Positions 36,989-42,721 of a stretch of DNA of 42,721 bases are shown piece after piece. A program made the translations under genes and the position numbers. The notes under the pieces were generated by a model. It did not search any database, was not told where the DNA came from, and saw nothing but the letters and a program-made list of their open reading frames with translations. This DNA comes from Bradymonadales bacterium (GTDB lineage: Bacteria; Bdellovibrionota; UBA2394), in NCBI GenBank assembly GCA_007693605.1, contig REDG01000021.1, forward strand, positions 1 through 42,721, written 5' to 3'. How positions within the stretch are numbered: the first letter of the stretch is position 1; each line of letters starts with the position of its first letter.

Positions 36989-37939
36989 ATGAGTCCGAAG
37001 AAGCCCCGGTCAAAGAAGAGTTCGAAGGCTGCTCAAGAAGCCGCCCTGGTTCGATATCGCGAACAGAGCACGGCTCCAGTTCTCAAGGGCAGCGAAGACC
37101 TTGGGGCTTACCTGAGTGCCATCGGAAACTACCCCCTACTCTCTCCTGAGGATGAAAAGAAAGTCGCTGAAAAGTACCACAACACGAAAGACCCCGAAGC
37201 GGCTCGGATTCTGGTCGTCGCCAACCTAAGACTCGTTGTGAAAATTGCAAATGATTATCTTCAGAGGGGAATTCAACTCTTAGACTTGATTCAGGAGGGA
37301 AATGTGGGCCTACTTCAGGCCGTAAAAGACTATGACCCCTATCGAGGTGTCAAGTTCTCTACCTATGCGAGCTATTGGATTAAGGCCTATATTCGACAGT
37401 TTATTCTAAGAAACTGGTCTTTGGTAAAGATTGGAACCACAAAAGCCCAGCGGGCCCTTTTCTATCGGCTACAGAAAGAGAAGTCGAGATTGGAGGCTTT
37501 GGGGATTGAGCCTGAGGCAAAGCTCTTGGCAGAACGATTTGAAGTCAAAGAGCGAGAGATCAACGAGATGACTCAACGAATGGGTTCAAGAGATCTCTCT
37601 TTAAACACGCCGATTCGAAGCGGGCAAACCGACGACTTGAGCTTGATTCACAGCCTCCCCGATGATCAGCCAGAGATTGACTTTAGTCTGGCTGAAAGAG
37701 AAATCGAATCAGAGTTTTCGAGACGACTGGATCACTTTGAGACGACCCTAGCAGGAAAGGAATTGGTGGTCTTTCGTGAACGACTCCGGTCAGAAGAGCC
37801 CAAAACACTTCAAGAAATCGGAGAGCAGTATGGCATTACGAGGGAGCGAGTTCGTCAGATTGAAGCTCGGGTGATTGAGAAGCTAAAGTCTTATATGAAA
37901 AAACATGCCAAGTTTGGCGATGACATTATTGATGTTTGA
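36989..37939 (+). CDS. rpoH: RNA polymerase sigma factor, sigma-32 (RpoH) family
   Basis: NLRLVVKIA, DLIQEGNVGL, FSTYASYWI, RpoH box ILRNWSLVKIGTTKAQRALFY and TRERVRQIE. Confidence 0.9.
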   Translation: MSPKKPRSKKSSKAAQEAALVRYREQSTAPVLKGSEDLGAYLSAIGNYPLLSPEDEKKVAEKYHNTKDPEAARILVVANLRLVVKIANDYLQRGIQLLDLIQEGNVGLLQAVKDYDPYRGVKFSTYASYWIKAYIRQFILRNWSLVKIGTTKAQRALFYRLQKEKSRLEALGIEPEAKLLAERFEVKEREINEMTQRMGSRDLSLNTPIRSGQTDDLSLIHSLPDDQPEIDFSLAEREIESEFSRRLDHFETTLAGKELVVFRERLRSEEPKTLQEIGEQYGITRERVRQIEARVIEKLKSYMKKHAKFGDDIIDV

Positions 37940-39080
37940 AGTACTTGGCTCGAAGCTTCTGGAATTTCTGGCGAGCGCGAGACCAGCTCTGAAGAAAAAC
38001 TTCCTTCCAGTGGCGAAAGAGCCGCAAGCTTGAAAGCCGTATCTTTTCCGAAAGCTCGAGAAGCTGTTGCCGTAGGAGAGCTTTGTAGATTCTGAGTTTT
38101 TCTTGAGAGATCTGTAAAAGCTCAGCGGGGTGAATACTCTTTGTAATGGCCGTATCGTCTCGAAACTGACTGAGGCTCGCATCCAGCGTGGGATCAGATG
38201 AATGCGCCATTTCAAGAGGTCTGAAACTCAAGCTTCCGGTCAAAAAGGACATCAACTTGAAGATCTGATCGATAAAATACTTCTCATGCTCCGGGCTCAC
38301 TCTTCTCACAATAATCGTCTGCCGTGGTTGACTCAAACTGCCCTCATAGTAGGTCAGGGGAATCCCGTGCTTGAGCACAATTTCGTAAAGCCGATTCTGC
38401 CTTCGAAGATTAATCACCCCCGAGAGCCCTTTCTTTCTACAAAAGGCGAGAACCGCCCATAAAGGAGTCTTTGAAAGTTCGGTTGCTCCGGACTGAGGAT
38501 TCCAAAGCTCTAGGTGGTCAAAGATCCCCTTGAATGAATTGGCTGAAGTTCCCAACAGAGCCTGCAGGCTCTTTAGAACCTCTTCAAACTTCAGGCCTTC
38601 TGATTCGTCTACACTGATTTCAGCAGGCGAAATCTCATAATTCCCTTGTGACCAAGTTAATGACTGAACAATCGACTGAACCTTCTGCTGGTCGACTAAG
38701 GCTTCTATTTCATCCAAATCGATGCCATGTACTTCTTGCACAATTTCACCGAGCTTCCGATGAGCTCCCGTGCTCTGAGTTAAAACCTTCTGCGAATCTA
38801 AACATAGTCGAAGTTCTTCTTCGTTCATCCATCGTCGATCGACCATCATCTTACCCAAGAGCTCTGGAATCAAATTCGATTGAACTTTAAAGATCTCTCC
38901 GCGAGAAAACCAAATCTTTTTTCGACGATCTCGGTACTGCAGAAGAAGGCTTCCACTAAACTTCGTCTGGAAGAGGCGATGAATCAAAAGCCGTGACGGC
39001 ATATCATGCAGCTGACCGGCCATTTGAATGTCAGCACTGGGGCGGCTACGGTTCTGAATTTGAGAACTTCTAAGACTCAT
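37926..39080 (-). CDS. DUF4388 (PatA-N) + MshEN domain protein
   Basis: GQLHDMP...KFSGSLLL...KKIWFSRGEI, tandem MshEN-like motifs LLGKMMVDRRWMNEEEL..SQ and RKLGEIV, and a second DUF4388-like repeat. Start uncertain (39110, 39080 or 39023). Confidence 0.75.
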   Translation of the reverse strand: MSLRSSQIQNRSRPSADIQMAGQLHDMPSRLLIHRLFQTKFSGSLLLQYRDRRKKIWFSRGEIFKVQSNLIPELLGKMMVDRRWMNEEELRLCLDSQKVLTQSTGAHRKLGEIVQEVHGIDLDEIEALVDQQKVQSIVQSLTWSQGNYEISPAEISVDESEGLKFEEVLKSLQALLGTSANSFKGIFDHLELWNPQSGATELSKTPLWAVLAFCRKKGLSGVINLRRQNRLYEIVLKHGIPLTYYEGSLSQPRQTIIVRRVSPEHEKYFIDQIFKLMSFLTGSLSFRPLEMAHSSDPTLDASLSQFRDDTAITKSIHPAELLQISQEKLRIYKALLRQQLLELSEKIRLSSLRLFRHWKEVFLQSWSRARQKFQKLRAKYFKHQ

Positions 39081-39093
39081 CACCCAATAGAAC

Positions 39094-39109
39094 AGCAGAT
39101 TTCGTGCCA
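39094..39109 (-). promoter_or_regulatory. Sigma-54 promoter-like site
   Basis: TGGCACGAAATCTGCT on the minus strand (GG-N10-GC, one mismatch to consensus). Confidence 0.6.
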
Positions 39110-39136
39110 CTCAAAACAGGCCCAGAGACACAAAAT

Positions 39137-39158
39137 TCGGGGCTTTTTTTGGCCCCGA
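39137..39158 (-). terminator. Probable intrinsic terminator
   Basis: Stem TCGGGGC/GCCCCGA followed on the minus strand by ATTTTG, about 30 bp after the stop at 39191. Confidence 0.5.
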
Positions 39159-39190
39159 TTCGAATCTCTTGAAAAACTAGTCTGCAAAAT

Positions 39191-40657
39191 TTACGGAGCG
39201 CGGGCCCCCTCAGAATCACTAGAAACTGGGTCTAGCTCGGAACTCCCAGAGGCTGGCCCCACTGGGGAAATCGGATCAAAACTTTCGGACAGCAAAAGCT
39301 CTCGGAGAGAGGCCAAAATTCCTTGCCGCTCGGCCACCGTCGCCGGATCGCCTAGCAGTTCATAGTTTTCTAGCATGGGTCTTAAAGCCTCTCGAATAGG
39401 GGCCGCCAACCGGGCTTGAGTTTCAACAATCTCCCGCATCTCTTCAGGCGACCTCCAGCTAGAAAACGGACGCCACTCTTCTCTGGGAGTTTTGCTATTG
39501 CGATGGTCATTTTCGAATTGATAAACCTCCCCGATATAGTGCTTAATTTGCTCAAAAAAATCTAAAATTGCCTTTTCTAAAGCCGTCAACTCCTGGAGAA
39601 CACGAGCCTGGTCGTGAGGGTCAAACGAATCTACCTGCTGCTTCAAAACCTTGATCATGCTGTCCGATCGTAGAAGACTAGAATAAATTTCAAGCAGGTG
39701 TCCCACATAGATTTCTGAAGGGCCTTCTCTGGCTTCAATGTATGCATGATGCGCTAAGGCCGATTCGAAGCCAATGAGCGCTCCAATGGCCTGAGCGATC
39801 GGCTCATCCCGACTGAAACGCTTTGAATAGTTTTTAAGCAACAAACTAGACTCCTCGAATGCCCTCTCTTTGCTCTTCGTACCAAAAACCTTTGAATAAA
39901 TCTTAAGAAACCAAAGAAGCTTCTTGAATCTACCCTCTTTGCTCTGAGGTTTTGCCCAACCTACATAAGGCGATTGAAAGCTCAGCAGGAGAGATCCCCT
40001 GAAATAGGCATGAACGGCCTCATGCCGAAGAGTCATATCTGGCCGAAGATAAAGAAGATCAGCGCTATTCAGTAGTAATGAGTGCTGCCCCCAGCCCAGA
40101 TCATGAGGAGCAAATGCGCCTAGGATGCCATGCTGATCGAGACGATTCTGATCAAACCTCACCTCCGTGCCAATTGAGCCCAGAAGAAAGAGGAGTTGAT
40201 TGAACTGGTTTCGATTAATCTCAGAAGTCTCGCTAGGGATTTCAAACACAATCACTCCATCCTCAGTCGTGCTGAAATTCACATCCGTTTGCAGTAACAT
40301 CCATTCACGGACTGCTTCGCGCAAATTCGCACTAGCCTGTTCCATTCGCTCCTGTGCCCCCTCGAGAGTTTTAGGAATCGGCTTGTTGGGATTGTTTTCT
40401 CGAAATGATCTCTCCTCAGCAGCAAAATGTATCGCCCATAGATTTCCATTGATCGCGTCCCCAAGCTTTCTGCGACTGTGCTCTCTGATGGAGAGCCCCT
40501 CAATCGTTAGCTCTACAAACACTCCAGCGCAGAAAGACTTGCCGCTCGAAGACAGCACGGGATCAGCTGGAAAAGCCCACGACAAAACCAAAGCAATGGC
40601 TAGCCACCCGCCGCCATCCGCTTTCAACCAGCCTGAAATTCGCAGAAATCTCGCCAC
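39191..40657 (-). CDS. Orphan predicted secreted protein with HEXXH zinc-metallopeptidase motif
   Basis: Signal-like WLAIALVLSWAFPA and motif TLRHEAVHAYF. Likely start is GTG 40657 or TTG 40660 rather than 40780. Confidence 0.6.
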   Translation of the reverse strand: MARFLRISGWLKADGGGWLAIALVLSWAFPADPVLSSSGKSFCAGVFVELTIEGLSIREHSRRKLGDAINGNLWAIHFAAEERSFRENNPNKPIPKTLEGAQERMEQASANLREAVREWMLLQTDVNFSTTEDGVIVFEIPSETSEINRNQFNQLLFLLGSIGTEVRFDQNRLDQHGILGAFAPHDLGWGQHSLLLNSADLLYLRPDMTLRHEAVHAYFRGSLLLSFQSPYVGWAKPQSKEGRFKKLLWFLKIYSKVFGTKSKERAFEESSLLLKNYSKRFSRDEPIAQAIGALIGFESALAHHAYIEAREGPSEIYVGHLLEIYSSLLRSDSMIKVLKQQVDSFDPHDQARVLQELTALEKAILDFFEQIKHYIGEVYQFENDHRNSKTPREEWRPFSSWRSPEEMREIVETQARLAAPIREALRPMLENYELLGDPATVAERQGILASLRELLLSESFDPISPVGPASGSSELDPVSSDSEGARAP

Positions 40658-40669
40658 CAAGCAAAAAGA

Positions 40670-40685
40670 TGCAATCCTAATGCCG
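40670..40685 (-). promoter_or_regulatory. Sigma-54 promoter-like site
   Basis: CGGCATTAGGATTGCA on the minus strand (GG-N10-GC with TTGCA). Confidence 0.45.
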
Positions 40686-40899
40686 CAACACTGGCCAGAT
40701 AAATATCCGAAATTCCTCAAAGATCCCTCCAACTCCCAGCCCAAACTGCGACAATCAAGCTCCACTCCGAAGGCCCGCAACCCACCCGACGAAAACTCTG
40801 GAGTGCGGTCGAAAAACTGGAGTTGAAGTCACTTAGTTTTTGACCTCGGATCGTTCTGACGTCGCGGTTATTTTTTGTTTATTTTCCATTTTAGCCCTA

Positions 40900-41772
40900 T
40901 CATTCGTAAAAACGGCTTTCCCATTTGCCCTGCAATCGATTTTCATCATCGGGTTGAGGGGTTAGCTTGGTCTTTTTTTCCGAATCTTTCAACTCGAACT
41001 CCTCTGGGGTCAAATACCCAAGAGACGAATGAATTCTCTTTTCGTTGTAAACCTCATCGAGGAATCGAGGCAAGTTCTCAATCACATCCAAGTACGTTTC
41101 GTAGTTTGCGAGATACACCTCCTCTTGCTTTAACGTTTTCATAAAGCTCTCTAGAAATGCATTGTCATACGGATTGCCCTTGGCTGAATTGGAAATCTGA
41201 AATTCATGCTGCCGAAGAAGCCTCACATACTTTTTGCAAAGATATTGAACCCCTCGATCAGAGTGATGAATAACGCCCGGCGCTGGCTTTCTTCGCTCAA
41301 TCGCCATCGTCAGAGCCGCCGCGGCAAGATCGGCATCAATATTTTTTGAAATTGCCCAGCCGATCACCCGACGAGAGAAAAGATCCAGAATGACCGCGAG
41401 ATACACGAAGCCGTTATCTATCCGAATGTACGTAAAGTCCGTCGCCCAAACTTGATTGAGACCAGTGATGACCAGACCCTTCACGAGATTCGGATACACG
41501 CGATAATCGTGCTTCGAGTCCGTGGTCACCACGAAGGCCCTTCTGATTCTGGCGTGCAGCGAATACTTCTCCATCACTCTACGAAGACGCGTTTCTCCGA
41601 CTCTGATTTGTTCCCTACGCCTGAGATAGCGAAGTAGTGTTCGATAACCTGATCTCGGAAAATCGACCCTGACCCTCTCAATCGCATCTCGAAGATCGGC
41701 GTCACTCTTTTCTCGAATCTCGCGCGGCACTTTCGGCTTGTAATAATAACTCGACGATGAAAGCCCAATCAT
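40900..41772 (-). CDS. IS3 transposase OrfB (DDE integrase core)
   Basis: [28 protein letters not shown] and [15 protein letters not shown]. Confidence 0.95.
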   Translation of the reverse strand: MIGLSSSSYYYKPKVPREIREKSDADLRDAIERVRVDFPRSGYRTLLRYLRRREQIRVGETRLRRVMEKYSLHARIRRAFVVTTDSKHDYRVYPNLVKGLVITGLNQVWATDFTYIRIDNGFVYLAVILDLFSRRVIGWAISKNIDADLAAAALTMAIERRKPAPGVIHHSDRGVQYLCKKYVRLLRQHEFQISNSAKGNPYDNAFLESFMKTLKQEEVYLANYETYLDVIENLPRFLDEVYNEKRIHSSLGYLTPEEFELKDSEKKTKLTPQPDDENRLQGKWESRFYE

Positions 41773-42158
41773 TTGGCACGCCCTTTGCTTCGATCCAACT
41801 CTCGCTTCATGGCGATGTACCCACTCGATTTTTTCTCGTACGCTGAGTTCGGCTGAATTTTTTTTAAAAGGTCGATGGCCAGCGCTTGATCGGCGATCTT
41901 CTCCTTGGCCGCCATTAACTCTTCTTCTAGCTCTCGAATCTTTCGGGCCTGCTCAAATGAAACGCCTTCTGTCGTCTGAATCTCTTCGATCCTATCCACT
42001 CGCCTTTGATTCTCTAACTGCGTCTTCCAATTGTATATCTGCCCAGGGTCAAGACCCTCAGCGTCTGCAATCTCTTTCGCTGATTTCGTCCCCGAAAGAT
42101 ACTCCTGAACAATTCTTCGCTTATACTCTAATTCAAATTTCTTTCTGCTTTTACCCAT
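41769..42158 (-). CDS. IS3 transposase OrfA (HTH + coiled coil)
   Basis: [30 protein letters not shown], a coiled coil ending IDLLKK, and RBS TAAGGAG. Confidence 0.92.
   Translation of the reverse strand: MGKSRKKFELEYKRRIVQEYLSGTKSAKEIADAEGLDPGQIYNWKTQLENQRRVDRIEEIQTTEGVSFEQARKIRELEEELMAAKEKIADQALAIDLLKKIQPNSAYEKKSSGYIAMKRELDRSKGRAK
41858..41868 (-). other. -1 programmed ribosomal frameshift site
   Basis: TTT-A8 on the minus strand. The -1 frame is open ([31 protein letters not shown]) and runs into the OrfB Met. Confidence 0.8.
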
Positions 42159-42298
42159 TTCGACTGTCTCCTTACCATACTTGGCTCGGTCAGCCGATCC
42201 TGCAAATCCCTAAGTGTTACGCCCTCCAGTCAAACGACCGCAGTCCACTCCTGACAGAGGGGGCTGGAAGGAGGCTTTTCTACAGTCTCCTCTCCCGT

Positions 42299-42562
42299 CC
42301 CCAAAAAATAAAAATAAGTTTTTAAAGGACTCATTTTTGTTTTTTGGGGGTTCGTGTTTTTCTCGCGATCTAGAGGCCTCGAATCACTATCGAAGCGGAA
42401 GTGGAATTGGCTTTAGATTCGGTGGCAGCTCGGGTCTTCTAAAAAATGAAAGTTTAGACTCCCATGACTTTAAGCCCCTCCATGTTATTTAACTCCATGC
42501 GACTCCCTCATTCTTCCCCAAAAAATAAAAATAAGTTTTCAAGGGACTTATTTTTATTTTTT
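42299..42562. repeat. Two directly repeated AT-rich palindromes
   Basis: CCCCAAAAAATAAAAATAAGTTTT (24 bp identical) at 42299 and 42516. Each copy forms a 17-21 bp inverted repeat. Confidence 0.8.
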
Positions 42563-42721
42563 AGTTGACGGGTTTTTCTAGGCACTATTTTTAATTTGCC
42601 AAATCAAATCAGAACACTGGCTCTAATTGCTCTAGCTTTCGCTCTGAAAGCTCAACCTTAATCTGCAATGAAAAAATCTAAATGCATGGCAATGCGGCTT
42701 ATAGAGCGAAGATGCGGTATC

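Larger units (their letters stand above)
40799..42247 (-). mobile_element. IS3-family insertion sequence (1449 bp)
   Basis: TG...CA ends. Imperfect TIRs TGGAGTGCGGTCGAAAAACTGGAG and TGGACTGCGGTCGTTTGACTGGAG. 3-bp target duplication CTC (40796-40798, 42248-42250). Contains orfA and orfB. Confidence 0.95.

Noticed and set aside
40200..40826. 208-aa plus-strand ORF
   Set aside because: It is antisense to the HEXXH ORF, Ser-rich with no motif, and runs into the IS end. It is likely a shadow ORF.
42214..42492. 92-aa ORF right of the IS
   Set aside because: It starts inside the IS terminal repeat and crosses an AT-rich palindrome, with no coding features.

Overview
A compact, gene-dense bacterial chromosomal segment. 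The gene content (DUF4911, DUF4388/MshEN, HDOD, a HEAT + HD-GYP-like pair, an RpoH-like sigma factor, Hanks kinases) suggests a Deltaproteobacteria-like lineage such as Bdellovibrionota or Myxococcota relatives; this is inference only. Housekeeping genes are accD-folC-panB-panC, ettA, dapF, squalene-hopene cyclase, a ROK kinase, mce and an ftsB-like gene. There is a peptidoglycan-recycling operon (LD-carboxypeptidase, serine hydrolase, mpl, small beta-barrel) and a roughly 11 kb c-di-GMP/Ser-Thr kinase signalling cluster built largely from degenerate domains. Mobile DNA comprises one intact IS3-family element (40799-42247, with TIRs, a CTC target duplication and an A8 -1 frameshift site) and a family of nested MITE/REP-like repeats that sit at stop codons. 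The most striking item is a lone 782-aa ORF (11999-14347, minus strand). Its C-terminal ~470 aa carries the motif series of phage T5 A1-like metallophosphoesterase DNases. It is fused to a predicted signal peptide and three HTH-like repeats, and has no phage genes nearby, so it is a candidate domesticated, exported DNA-degrading effector. A second orphan, predicted secreted HEXXH protein lies at about 39191-40657. All family calls come from motif recognition by eye; no database searches were run.
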